Part shown: positions 44,677-56,439 of the stretch, one piece after another | Layout: each line of letters starts with the position of its first letter | Numbering within the stretch: the first letter of the stretch is position 1 | Made by a program: the position numbers and the translations under genes | The notes under the pieces: model-generated | Databases searched by the model: none | Told to the model about the DNA's origin: nothing | The model's input: only the letters and a program-made list of their open reading frames with translations | DNA from: the human T2T-CHM13v2.0 reference genome, Homo sapiens | DNA length: 64,000 bases | NCBI RefSeq assembly: GCF_009914755.1 | Contig: NC_060937.1 | Reading direction: 5' to 3' (one strand)

Positions 44677-45059
44677 ACAGCAGCTCTAACCAGCTGCCCA
44701 GCAGCAAGAGGATGCGCACGGCTTTCACCAGCACGCAGCTGCTAGAGCTGGAGCGCGAGTTCGCTTCTAATATGTACCTGTCCCGCCTACGTCGCATCGA
44801 GATCGCGACCTACCTGAATCTGTCCGAGAAGCAGGTGAAGATCTGGTTTCAGAACCGCCGAGTGAAGCACAAGAAGGAGGGCAAGGGCAGCAACCATCGT
44901 GGCGGCGGCGGCGGGGGTGCCGGTGGTGGCGGGAGCGCACCGCAAGGCTGCAAGTGCGCATCGCTCTCCTCAGCCAAGTGCTCCGAGGATGACGACGAAT
45001 TGCCCATGTCTCCGTCCTCCTCAGGGAAGGACGACCGGGATCTTACGGTCACTCCCTAG
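44677..45059 (+). CDS. GSX1: GS homeobox 1, coding exon 2 (Q50 homeodomain at ~44703-44882, Gly-rich tract, acidic tail)
   Basis: Polypyrimidine tract then ctccAG|ac at 44676/44677; phase matches exon 1 (G+AC=Asp); [20 protein letters not shown]...[13 protein letters not shown]; TAG at 45057-45059; joined CDS 795 nt = 264 aa. Confidence 0.97.
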
Positions 45060-45912
45060 GCGCGTGTCTCCCTAGGTCGCCCACCCCAAGACCTCCCTGC
45101 GCCTCGGAGACTAGTCCTGGGACTCAGCGCTGATTCCCAGGCACCCGCAGCCAAACCACTGCCTGGCATGGATTTGGCACTGCTTTGCAGAGGTCCCGGG
45201 CCTGGGCAGGGCTGAGAGCTTGGCAGAGACTGGACCATGGCGTCCCCGCCCCAGGGCTCGCTCGTGTCCAAAGCCAACTCCAAGCTGTGAACACTGTAAG
45301 CGCTCGAGTCCTCCTGGGCAGTGCAGCACCGCGGCCCCCGCCCGCAAGCCTGCTTGGCGCAGCGCCTTGCTGGCAGCCGGCGCCTCCTAGCCCGCCCTCT
45401 CTGGGCTGGCTTGGGCTTCCTCGCTTACTCTACTCTCCTCCGCTCTCGGTCAAGGTCGGCGGCCTTGGATGCTCGTTCGCTTCTCTTTTTAAAATGTCTT
45501 TTTGTCCCTCCCCACCTCTTTCCTGTGATCATTTATTCACTCGGCCCCCGCCCGCCAACACACACATTTATGAACCCCCACTTTTTTTTTCCTTCTCCTT
45601 TTCCCTTCCCCTCCTCAGGGAGCCTCCTCCTTCAGTCAGTCCATTTGTCCCTTGATCTGGCCTTGCTGTCCTCAGTCCCCACGGCTCCTCTCACAGATGA
45701 TAAATTTCGCCCGTAGTATCCATATTGGGGAAACAGATTTGCTCTGTTTCCAACACGCTCTTCCTTCCTCTAAACATAGGACCCCGCTCTGCGCCGCTGG
45801 CGACCCCACTCTTCCCCCTCCAGACTCTGGCCCGCCCCAGCCTAGCTGTGTAATTGTACGGCCTCTGCAATGCCAGAAGATATTTATTTATTTATTTATG
45901 TACAAAATTTTA

Positions 45913-45918
45913 AATAAA
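45913..45918 (+). terminator. GSX1: GSX1 polyadenylation signal AATAAA
   Basis: AATAAA in the only strongly AT-rich patch after the stop; upstream TGTA words (45849, 45856, 45899) and a downstream T tract (45920-45929); implies a 3' UTR of ~870 nt. Confidence 0.8.
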
Positions 45919-46872
45919 CTTTTTTTTTTCTTAGAAATGCCCGTGGCTCTGAGCCCAGAGGCCTTCGCTCTGGAGTAGACAGGCGCCAACCCGGATTGGG
46001 CCTCCCTTCTGGGAAGGGTTGGGGATCCAGTTGCAGGGTCCGAGCCGGCTCCTCGCCTTACAGCTCAGCCAGTGCCTCTCGGAACCCTCAGCTCCGCTGA
46101 GAGCCCGCCTTGCATGCCAGCCAGGTGCGCGCTAACGATTGTCCCGCTCCGGCGTGGCGCACAAGCGTCGCGGAGCTCAGAGAGCTAAGCCGGAAGGGAA
46201 GGAGAGCGCTCTCCTTGGACTGCACCATGGGTCCCAACCCCTGCAGCGCCTCCTTCTCACCTGGGATCCAGCCCCACCTCCATCCCTCACCATTTCGCTG
46301 TCCTGGCCAACAGCCGGGAGGGCAGAAACCACTCCCTCCATAAGCACAAGAAATCCGTCCTTCACTGCGCTTGGATTGATAACGATTCGTTAGGGACAAA
46401 TTTCCATTCTGCGGGATGGTGCAGACTTCTCTCAGAGGGCCCTCCTCTCTTTGTTTTAAGGCAAATTCCCTTAGCCGAGTCCCTGGTCGCGGAACATTCC
46501 GGGCAAGGAATCCGAGAATCCGAAGTGATCCTGCCCCAGGGAGTCCCCGAGAGGGACTCTGCATAGCTGGAGCCAGTGGCTCTGGGACCTCATGTTCTCA
46601 CCAATTCTCGTTAAAATCCTATATCCCCCTACGACTTAGAATCCACACCCCAGCTCCCTTTGAGGACATATGCGGGTTTTTTTACTCTCTAAGATGGATG
46701 AGGAGAAGGAAGTGCGTGAGGTTCTGCAGAAACGGAGAGCGCACAGCTGCGGGAGGAGTATTTCTGCAGTCAGTATTTCTGCAGTCAGACCTGGGAAGCT
46801 AATATCCGCGTTCTCGCCGCTCCCATTCTGTGTCCAGGAAACCTGACAGACCTTCTTTTCCTGCCAGACCCC

Positions 46873-46907
46873 TACACACACACACAGACACACACACACA
46901 TACACAC
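46873..46907. repeat. Interrupted (CA)n
   Basis: Directly visible. Confidence 0.9.
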
Positions 46908-47027
46908 CCTGGGGAGCGCTGAACTCCCCGTGTCTAGGCAAAGCAAATGCGTCTTTTCCAGCAGGAAAGACGGTCCACCTGAGGTTGCTTAACATTTTTG
47001 AAGCTCATTTCCTCCCCCCCACAAAAC

Positions 47028-47245
47028 GGCTTTATTGAGCTATTCACATTAGCATCCAGTTCATTCATTCAAAGTGTGCAATTCCACAACTTTTAGTATA
47101 TTCACAGAATTGTGCAACCATCGACACAATCTTATTTAAAAACATTTTTGTCATCCCAAAGAGAAACCCCATCATGCCCATTGATAGTCTCTGCCAATTC
47201 TCACTATATCCCAGCCCTAGGCAACCACAAACCTACTTTTGATCT
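47028..47245 (-). mobile_element. L1MB-like 3' end fragment
   Basis: ttttagtatattcacagaattgtgcaaccatc...cccagccctaggcaaccac. Confidence 0.8.
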
Positions 47246-47515
47246 TGTATTAGTCAGGGTTCTCCAGAGAAAAGAGCAAATAGGCTGTATGTAGTTATGT
47301 GAGGAGGTTTATTCTGGAGACCAGGAACTACTGTGATATGCCATCTGCAAGCAGGAGAACTAGGAAAGCCAATGGTGTGATTTTAGTCCCAGTCTAACCG
47401 GCCTAAGAACCAGCGGAGCCGATGGTGTAACTCCTAGTCGGAGGCCAAAAGCCTGAGAACCTGGGAAGCCGCTAATCGAAGACCCAGACTACAAGGCCCC
47501 GGAACCAGGAGCTTG
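47246..47515 (-). mobile_element. MLT2 LTR fragment
   Basis: tgtattagtcagggttctccagagaaa...gccatctgcaagc...aggaaagccaatggtgtga. Confidence 0.75.
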
Positions 47516-47929
47516 TGGGGCTTAGTTCTAAAATCTTCCATCTTTTCCTTCAAATCAAGCTGAGGATGGGGGTGGGAGGGTCTCTCTCCAGTTCCCCTGG
47601 AACAAGGGCAGGCACGATCTAGCTCCCCATGGAGAAACTCTTGCCGGTTCTTCCTGGAGCTAGGCATCTGAGTTGTGCTCTAGACTGATGAGGATCTCCA
47701 TCAGTCTGAACCTCACTTTAGACGGGGAGCAATTCTCCTCCATCCCAGGAGGCGACATTGTGCCAATCTACGGCCAATCTGAACGAAGCCAAGGTGCTTT
47801 AGTGCATACCAGTGAATAGAATCACAACTGTTTTACTATCAGTGATGAGGCTGATGCTTGCTGAGTTTTGCTCGTTTGCATGTTGCTCTAGGGCCCCAGG
47901 GTGAGTGCAGTTGTGCACTCTTAGCTCCA

Positions 47930-48750
47930 GCAGGACCGGCCCAGCCTCCGTTTGGCTGGGATTTGGGGGCGGGCGGCAGCACGATTTTCTGGCAACGAGT
48001 TCGTTGTGGGTCTGAAGGACCGGCTTAGAACTAGCACCTCTCCTGGATTACAGGAGGGGGTGGTCTTGTGCACCTGGGAAAGGCCTTCGCCAGCACTCAG
48101 TGTCAGGCATCTTGATCAGAAATGCACTTTCGAGCCTGCCAGGGAACCAAGTTTGGAGGGGATGGAAACGGCGGTGGGAGACATAGAAAGGATGAACACA
48201 CACACCCGGCTCTCCCCGCACTCGCCTCTTCTCCAGCTCCCCCTCCTCTCCCGCCTAGGAGTCCCTCCTGTTCCCAGCTTCTCCCCAGAGTCCGCAGATC
48301 CACAGCTGTGAGCCAGGTCCGCGTGGGGCCAGTTTTCCCAGGAGTGCACGTTTCCTCCTCTCGGCTTCCCAGGGATTCATTTCCGGAAGACCAAGCTTTC
48401 AGCTTTCTAGTCTGCCTTAGCGAGCAGCGGGAGGAAAAAAGCAAGCCTCCTTGTGGCGATCCCAGTTGTTGCCAAGGTGGTGACGGGAGCGCAGCGCTGG
48501 GGACCTGGAGGCGGCTGCGGCGCACCAGAGCTCTCAAGCATCCCGCCGCCAGCAGAGACTGCGTTCAAGTCCCAGCACACTTTCGCTCAAACACTCCTCA
48601 CCCTGCAACCTCTGACCTGAATGCAGAAACAGTTTGCGTCTTGTGCTGAGCTGGCCGGGAGGCCTCCGCTCGTGTCAAAGCCTCTCCTCTGCCGCCTGGG
48701 TTGACCGCCAGGGAAGGGCGTGATTGCGGCCTGGAACTACCGGCTCCTCC
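47930..48750. promoter_or_regulatory. Downstream CpG-rich block
   Basis: Many retained CpGs in non-repeat sequence ~2 kb past the poly(A) site. Confidence 0.6.
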
Positions 48751-48939
48751 TCTGAGGAGACCCAATCCAGCCATTAAACCACACTGCTCTGAGCTGGAAT
48801 TTGGGGCTCACAAGGCGAATTGTGAAATTAGAACCAAACTGAATTATCAGGATGATATTTTCTGGAAATTGCCTTTTAACCTGGTAATTTGCGTACAGGT
48901 CCCTGAGTTTATTTCAGGGACAGTGTCCATTTCTCTGTG

Positions 48940-49180
48940 CAGTGTAGTGGCTAGGAGCGTGGGCCCTGCAAAAGCCTGGCTTTGCAATCCGTGTCCACCA
49001 TTTCCTAATCTTGGGCAAAGCCACTGGTCCTTCCTAAACTTCAGTTTCTTCCTCTGTAAGTGGGGATTATGTTAACAGTTCCTCTGCTGGGTTGATGTGC
49101 AATATTAATGGATAGAATTCCCATAAAATGCTAAGCAGAATGTCTGCCATGTTTCAATAAATGTTAACTAATATTGTTGT
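48940..49180. mobile_element. MIR fragment
   Basis: cttgggcaaag...cttcagtttcttcctctgtaagtgggga. Confidence 0.65.
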
Positions 49181-49453
49181 TGGTGGCGTTGCCGTTGTTA
49201 TTTGCAGTGTCTACAGCTGCGCCTGGCGCATAGTAGATGCTGAATTATTTAATGAGTGCTGAAAAGTGACCACTCACACTCAGACTTAGATCCAAATCTA
49301 CAGCTGAGGGAGGGGTTGGGAACACATGCAGGTGCAAACATTTCCTGGACTCTGTGGAGTTAGTGGAAAATAAGGAATGCTCCCCTCTGCCAAGCACCAG
49401 GTGCTGGAATCGCTTAAGTCCAAACAGGGATGTCCTTTTCACCTTCATTTAAA

Positions 49454-49661
49454 CCAGTTCCTCAACCTCCACTCTATTGACATTTTGAATGATTCTCTGT
49501 TGTGTGGGGCTGTCCTCTGCATTCCATGGAAGCTAGCAGCACACCTAGCCTCTACTAACTAGATGCCAGTAGCACCTTCTCCCAGTTGTGACAACCAAAA
49601 ATGTCTCCAGACATTGCCAAAATTCTGGGGAGGAAATATCACTTCAAGCTGAAAACAACTG
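49454..49661. mobile_element. MER20 hAT-Charlie MITE
   Basis: ctcaacct...ctattgacatttt...ctagatgccagtagcacc...gttgtgacaaccaaaaatgtctccagacattgccaaa. Confidence 0.88.
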
Positions 49662-50132
49662 ATTTCAACCCGTATCATTTCTGCAGAAGTCCACGGTGGC
49701 CAGGATTTTGTGGCCTGGCTCTGAGAACACCTTTCTTCCTTTCCTCCAGCTATCCTTTCATTGGATACCTGTACCTTCTGCATGTGAGGTACTAGACTGT
49801 GCTCTGCAATGTAGTGCGACAGCAGAAAGCAGAAAGAGAAAGTGCGGGAAGGGCAGCTGGTGGAAATAGCAAAGCTGAAGGCCTTTTCTGCATAGTGGGG
49901 GCATGCAGCTAGTCTGCACAGCCTAAGACATACAGGTTGAAAGCCTAGGGCAGTCAGAGGCCTGCCGGCTGAACAGAATTTACAGGGCTTCTAGAGTCTT
50001 TCCAAGAATATCCTATCCATATATTTCATGGCCCTGTAGACAATAGGCTCCCTCTGTAGTCAGGTCCATGAGTACCCACAAGGCCAACCTTTGGAGGAAA
50101 AATTTTAGGAGGCTGAGGTGGCATCTCTCAAG

Positions 50133-50191
50133 TCTCTCTCTCTCTCTCTCTCTCCCCTTCCCCCCCCCCCCCCACACACACACACATACAC
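50133..50191. repeat. Compound (CT)n - poly(C) - (CA)n tract
   Basis: Directly visible. Confidence 0.93.
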
Positions 50192-51323
50192 TCGCCACCA
50201 CAATTAGGGTTCTTCTTGAAGCACATATAGGCATTTGTTAACACCTTCTCTCTTGAAGACATTGTTTTGTTAATGCCTACATGTCTGAAACTGAACTTCA
50301 ATTCTTTTTGATTAAAGCCTCTCATTTGATGCAAACACAAGTAGCCTTGCAAACAGTAACCACTGAGCACTGACAGTCATTCACTTTTTCTGAGAAAAGG
50401 CCCTGGAATGGCAAGAGTAGGGGGGTGATGAGGACAGAGGACCAGGTACATGGAAGAGATGCAAGGGCAAGAGAAGGGTGGTGGTGGCGGGGAGGGCTCT
50501 GGAAGTCTTACTGCACCAATCAGTGCAGTGAGGCCATTGGTTCCCCACCCCTAAATTGGAAGGCTGAGCCACTGTGTTTACTAGACTTCTTCAGAACCCA
50601 GCTTTACCCACAAAGTAAGGAATAAACCAATTCCAATGAGGCAAAAACTCATGAATCCAGCCTTTCCCCAACCTTGCATGTAATCATCCACAGGTGAGTC
50701 TGTTATACTAATAGGAATGTGTGTGTGTATGTTTATGTGTGTGCACATGTTGGAGAGACTGAAACAAGGGGAAGGTGGGAAAAAAAAGTTGGCGAGTCTA
50801 GGAGGAGAATGAGATTTCACTCAAGTTAAACAGCCTGGTTTAGTGATCATGCTGTCACTATGAATCCAAGCACTAGTGCTAGAAAGTTCCTTTGAAACCA
50901 CCAAGGAAATTCCAGGGCCCTGAACCTGACACCTCCCAGCCTGGCTTCCAGGGTTTTATCTGTGAGTGGCTCAAGGGAGGAAGTGCCTCCCTTGGTATGT
51001 TTGGGAGACATTTGACTTGGTATCCATTTCGGGCAGTAGTGGGTAAGGAAGGTGTGGCATTCAAGAGTCTGCCCTGCACCACCTAGTCCAGGGGGCACTG
51101 GTCAGAGTGGGCATGAGTCTGGGGCAAGCCAGGGCTCCCTCAGGGGAGCCATGCAAGGAGGAGGCCCCACTCCTAATCCAGTTGGCTTTCAGGCTGTTGG
51201 ATCCCAGGATGCAGTGTCAGTCCAGGGGCCACCCCCATTGGTTCACTGTTCACAGAGAAGTGTCAGAAAGAAGCAGATGTCTTATCCCTGATTCCATAAT
51301 GATGTGAATTTCTAAAGTAGCTC

Positions 51324-51702
51324 TGTTATGGGCTAAATTGAATTCTCTCAAAATTCACATATTGAAGTCTCCAGTACCTCACAATATAACCATATTTAGA
51401 GATAGGGTCTTTAAAGAGGTAATTAAGGTAAAATGAGGTCATATGAGTGGGCCTTAATCCAATATGATGGTGTCTTTATAAGAAGAAGAGTTTAGGACCC
51501 AGACACACCTGAAAAATGCCATGTGAAGACACGGGGAGAAGACGGCCATCTGCAAGTCAAGAAGAGAGGCCTCAAAAGAAACAAAATCTGTCTACGCCAT
51601 GATCTTGGACTTCCAGCCTCCAGAACCGTGAGACAATAAATACCTGCTGCTGAAGCCCCTAGCCTGTGGTATTTTGTCATGGCACCCACGCAGACTGATA
51701 CA
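51324..51702 (+). mobile_element. MLT1B-like MaLR solo LTR
   Basis: tgttatgggct...gatcttggacttccagcctccagaac...aataaa...gataca; TSD agctc/agttc. Confidence 0.88.
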
Positions 51703-51914
51703 AGTTCTGACCTAGGTGAGAGCTCTCTGGACCTCTGTAGGCTACTGTAAGAATATGGAAGATTGTAGAGGAAAGAGTTTTGGGCTGGTAGTCAAGAATC
51801 TGACATCCATCCTGGATTGTGCCACTAACTGGTTCTGTAACTTTGGACAAATCATCTAATCTTCCTGGACCTCTGATTCCCCTTCTCCAAAGTTAAGGGG
51901 TGTAACAGGCATTT

Positions 51915-52533
51915 GGTGTTTGTTTCTGTTTTTGTTTTCTTCTGACCAGCATTCATTCCCCTTCCTTTTGGTGACAGAATCTAGATTTTTTTTTTGTCAA
52001 ATGCAAATTAAGGTCAGTTCTGGAAAAGAACAGGCACCCACTGAGGCAGGCACTTGTACACCGTGGGAGTTCTCCATGGGCAGGTTCCTGCGTTCCTCTT
52101 CAACATCCAATGGAGATTAGAAACTTACTACCTGTCCCCCTAACAGCTCAGACATGGGCACAGGACCTGGGCCCAACTAACTGGACATTTCCCCTAGAAA
52201 TATGAATCTAGAGGAGAGTAATGCAGAGATGCATGTCAGTTAGGGATGATTTCCTATGGCCATGAAGTTTAGAGCTTCCACATAATGGCAAATGACCCAT
52301 GACAGTGTGGAAGGGATTGTCCAGGATGGGAACCCCAGAGATGGCCTCTAGCTGGACTGTACATGGATGGGGTCTTGGCTATCTCCTCCCTCCCTGCCTG
52401 GTAGCCAGGCCATTTTCTCCAGCTTTACCATTGATTCTGTGAATTATCAGATGACCTTCCCTTCAATACCTTTTCTGCTTAAGTAGCCAGAATTCATCTC
52501 TGTTGCCTGCAGTTGAGAATTCTGAGTGATGCA
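51915..52533 (+). mobile_element. LTR33/LTR16-like ERVL remnant
   Basis: ccagcattcattccccttccttttggtgacag and ttttctgcttaagtagccaga...tctgttgcctgca. Confidence 0.5.
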
Positions 52534-52702
52534 ATAATTCATAACATAAATGAGCTGTTTAGAACCTGCACAGGATTGTGAACAGAGCATGGAGAAGTAT
52601 GATGGCTCCTTCCCTAGAACCAAGCATCAGTTCTGACCAGGTGATCAGTATTACTTACATGGAACATGGAATCCCCTGTACTTTGGTATTCCTTGGCTCT
52701 TT

Positions 52703-53016
<314 letters not shown>

Positions 53017-53067
53017 TAGGCTGTTGCCCATGCATTCCTTTTGGACACACTGGGGCATTTAGACTTG

Positions 53068-53576
53068 GTTTTATGGTTTGAATATTTGTCTCCTCTGAAA
53101 CTCATGTTGTAACTTAATCCCCAATGTATCAGTATTGGGAGGTGAGGTCTTTAACAGGTGATTGGGTCCATGGATTAATCTATTCATGGGTTAATGAACT
53201 AATGGATCATCATGGGAGTAGATCTGTTATAAAAAGCCAAGTTGGCCTGGCCTGGTGGCTCACGCCTATAATCCCAGCACTTTGGGAGGCCGAGGTGGGT
53301 GGATCACCTGAGGTCAGGAGTTCGAGACCAGCCTGACCAATGTAGTGAAACCCTGTCTCTACTAAAAATACAAAATTAACTGGGGGTGGTGGCACATGCC
53401 TATAATCCCAGCTACTTGGGAGGCTGAGGCAGGAGAGAACCTGGGAGGCAGAGGTTGCAGTGAGCCAAGATCGCACCATTGCACTCCAGCCAGAACTATA
53501 AGAGACACATTTATTTTCTTTATAAATTATTCAGTCCTACGTATTTAGTTATAGCAGCAGAAAGCAGACTAAGACA
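53068..53576 (+). mobile_element. MST (MaLR) LTR carrying a 3'-deleted Alu (53244-53491)
   Basis: tatggtttgaatatttgtc...aaactcatgttg start; ttatagcagcagaaagcagactaagaca end. Confidence 0.82.
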
Positions 53577-55537
53577 CTTGGGTGGATGGTTTCAGAGTTC
53601 ATCACCCAGTGGTGATAACATGGGTCACAGCTGGATCATGAACTGGCCTCACCCTGGAGCAGCACTGGGCTTCCTGGGGGCAGGAGAAATGGTGCTTCCT
53701 CCCACTCTACACATCTGCAGGAGGAGCCATGTCCACGCCATGCCCCTTTGAGATGGTTGTCCACCCCGTGCACACATTTCTAGATCAGCTCAGTCTGTGC
53801 TACTTTGCTCTTACTCACCAGGGAAGAGATGCTCCCTGAACTTCTTCATAAGACTCTCTGTGGCAGTTAAGAATGTCCTAAGAGTGCTGGATAATTCTAA
53901 TCACAACTCTTTTAGTGCAAGTGTTGGAACCTACGTTAAGCTAAAAGGTATCTACGGGCTCACAGAACCATTTAAGTTCAGGAGTGAAGCTGTCCTCAGG
54001 AGCTCCGGGGACTTAAATGATGTGCTGAGGTGTCTGGCCCTCCTCATCCACTGGCTTTGCTTCTTTCCATGTGTTGGTTTGATTCTCTCATCCTGTGGAC
54101 AAGGTGGGACCATAGAGGGGTGGTGGACAAAGGGTAGGAGGACAAGGTCAGCATGGCAACAACCAGCTTCAGACTTAGGTCATCCCAGCAAAATGGCCCC
54201 AACAAAAGAGCAAAAGTATTTTTCTCTCTCTCTCCCAAAGTTCTCTAGTGATAGCAAGTGGCCTGTGGCAGCAGCCCCAGAGTAGTGGCAGGCGTTGTCC
54301 AGGTGGCAACCCCGGAGGTGACCATTCTAACCACAGATTGGCTCTGCCTGGTTCCATGCCATCCTGTGGCTGTGGCCAGGGGTGGCACTCTGGGGGAAGT
54401 TCCACTGGAGGCTCCACTAGAACACAGGAAATAGGGGGTTGGGGTGACTGGAAGGAACAAAATGGATGCTGAGCAGACAAAACTAAGACATCTATTCTGG
54501 GTACCAACCACTGCTTCATGTTATAGTACAGTGGTTCAAAAGTATACATTGTGGGCCCTCAGGTTCCCTTGGGGGTCCAAAAGGTCAAAGCTATTTTCAT
54601 ACTACTACTAAGACGTTATCTGTCTTTTTCACTGGGTTGATATTTGCCCTGATGGCACAAAAGGAGTTATGGGCAAAACCGCTGGTGCCTTAGACAAATC
54701 CAGGCAGTGGGGAAAGAGCTATGCTAGTGATCACTGTGTTCTTGGCCCCCACACACCCAGGGTGAAAAAGAAATCCAACTGCACCCAAGAATCTTATTTA
54801 CAAAGAGGTTAACATGATAATTTCATTAAAGCTCAACTTTGAAGACATGGCTTTTTAATATTCCATGTGACAAAATGGTAAGTTTTCATCTGTTGCAAAC
54901 AAAAGTACACCAAAAAAATAAATTAAGTTGCCTCTTGAAAAACACACACATAATTGAATAGCAAGCTGAACTGGCTGCTTTTTTCGTGGAAAACCATTTT
55001 ACTTGAAAGAAGGACTGACAGAAAAACTGGTTATTCAGACTTGGGTATTGGGCAGATATTTTCTTGAAAATGAAGTGAGCCTGTTACTTTAAGAAAAACA
55101 ACTGAAGTATTTGCTGTCAATGATAAAATTTGAGGTTTCATTCAAAAATTGGAATGCTGGAATACTTACATTCATCACTGTGAACTTGACAGGTTCTCAA
55201 TACTTGAAGACTTTTCTGATGAGATTGGTGGAGACATTAACAAATATGATTCAAAAATACATTATATAATGAAATGTGCCAACATACGGGTGCTCTTTAT
55301 TAACTCAGTGAACCAGTATTTCTAGATGACCAAGGAATGATGTTACAAAATGCTGCTCAAGTAAAGGATCCATTCAAACATCAAGATAGATCAGCAGATT
55401 TTCATGTAACAGAGTGCAAACAAAAAATTTATAAGATTCCAGATTCCACATCATAACTTTTAAGAAATTCAAGTTTTGATGTAATACCAAGAAAAATATC
55501 CACAATTATATTAAAAGGCTATTAAAATACTCCTCCT

Positions 55538-55802
55538 GGCTGGGTGCACTGGCTTTTACCTGTAATACCAGCACTTTGGGAGGCCAAGGTGCATGAAACA
55601 CTTGAGACCAGGAGTTCAAGACTCTGTTGCCCAGGCTGGAGTGTGATGCCAGCATAGCTCACTGCAGTCCCGGACTCCTGGGCTCAAGTGATTCGCCTGC
55701 TTCAGTCTCCCAACTAGCTAGGACTACAGGCATGTACTACCATGCCCAGCTAATTAAAAAAAATTTTTTTTCATAGATGAAGTCTTGCTATGTTGCCCAG
55801 GC
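55538..55802. mobile_element. Rearranged AluJ: 5' part forward (55538-55622), remainder inverted (55621-55802)
   Basis: See finding; flanked by ttaaaatactcctcc / ttaaaatgccctcc. Confidence 0.85.
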
Positions 55803-56139
55803 TTAAAATGCCCTCCACTTTTTAAGCCAATTATCTGTATGAGGCTGATTTTCTTCATATAGTTCAAGGAAAACAACACATTGCAAAAAAACTGAATGCC
55901 CGTTAACATCCCTCAGGTGATCTTAGAACTCAGCTATCTTCTATTAAGCCAGATATTAGAAGTTTGCAAAAATATAAAGCAATGCTACTCTTCTCACTAA
56001 TTTTTTTTGTTTTGGAAATTATAGTTATTTTATACAAATATGCTATTTAAGTGAAAAAGGAATGTTTATTATGTTGTTTAAAATAAATCTATAAATATTT
56101 TTAAATTTTGTGTTTTAATTTCAAATACAGTCCATTTTA

Positions 56140-56439
56140 TTTTTATTTTTATTTATTTTGAGACGGAGTCCTGCTCTGTCCCAGGCTGGAGTGCAATGGT
56201 GCAATCTCAGCTTGCTGCAACCTCCGCCTCCTGAGTTCAAGCGATTCTCCTGCTTCAGCCTCCTGAGTAGCTGGGATTACAGGTGTGTGCCACCAAGCCC
56301 GGCTAATTTTTGTATTTTTAGTAAAGATGGGGTTTCACCATGTTGTCCAGGCTGGTCTCGAACTCCTGACCTCAGGTGATCCACCCGCCTTGGTCTCCCA
56401 AAGTGCTGGGATTACAGACATGAGCCACAGCGCCCAGCC
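56140..56439 (-). mobile_element. Alu (AluSx-like)
   Basis: TSD aaatacagtc(c/a)atttta at 56123-56139 and 56441-56457. Confidence 0.93.

Larger units (their letters stand above)
40715..46560. promoter_or_regulatory. CpG-island domain around GSX1 (blocks ~40715-41310, 41640-41960, 42500-43100, 43520-45500, 45950-46560)
   Basis: Visibly high GC and CpG density, no interspersed repeats; typical of developmental transcription-factor loci. Confidence 0.85.

Noticed and set aside
43829-45716. Overlapping and antisense ORFs of 100-199 aa across GSX1 and its 3' UTR
   Set aside because: Expected in very GC-rich DNA with few stops; low-complexity Arg/Pro/Gly translations with no recognisable domain
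51085-51099. CTCF-like AGTCCAGGGGGCAC (also 11352-11366)
   Set aside because: Several mismatches at informative core positions and no supporting context
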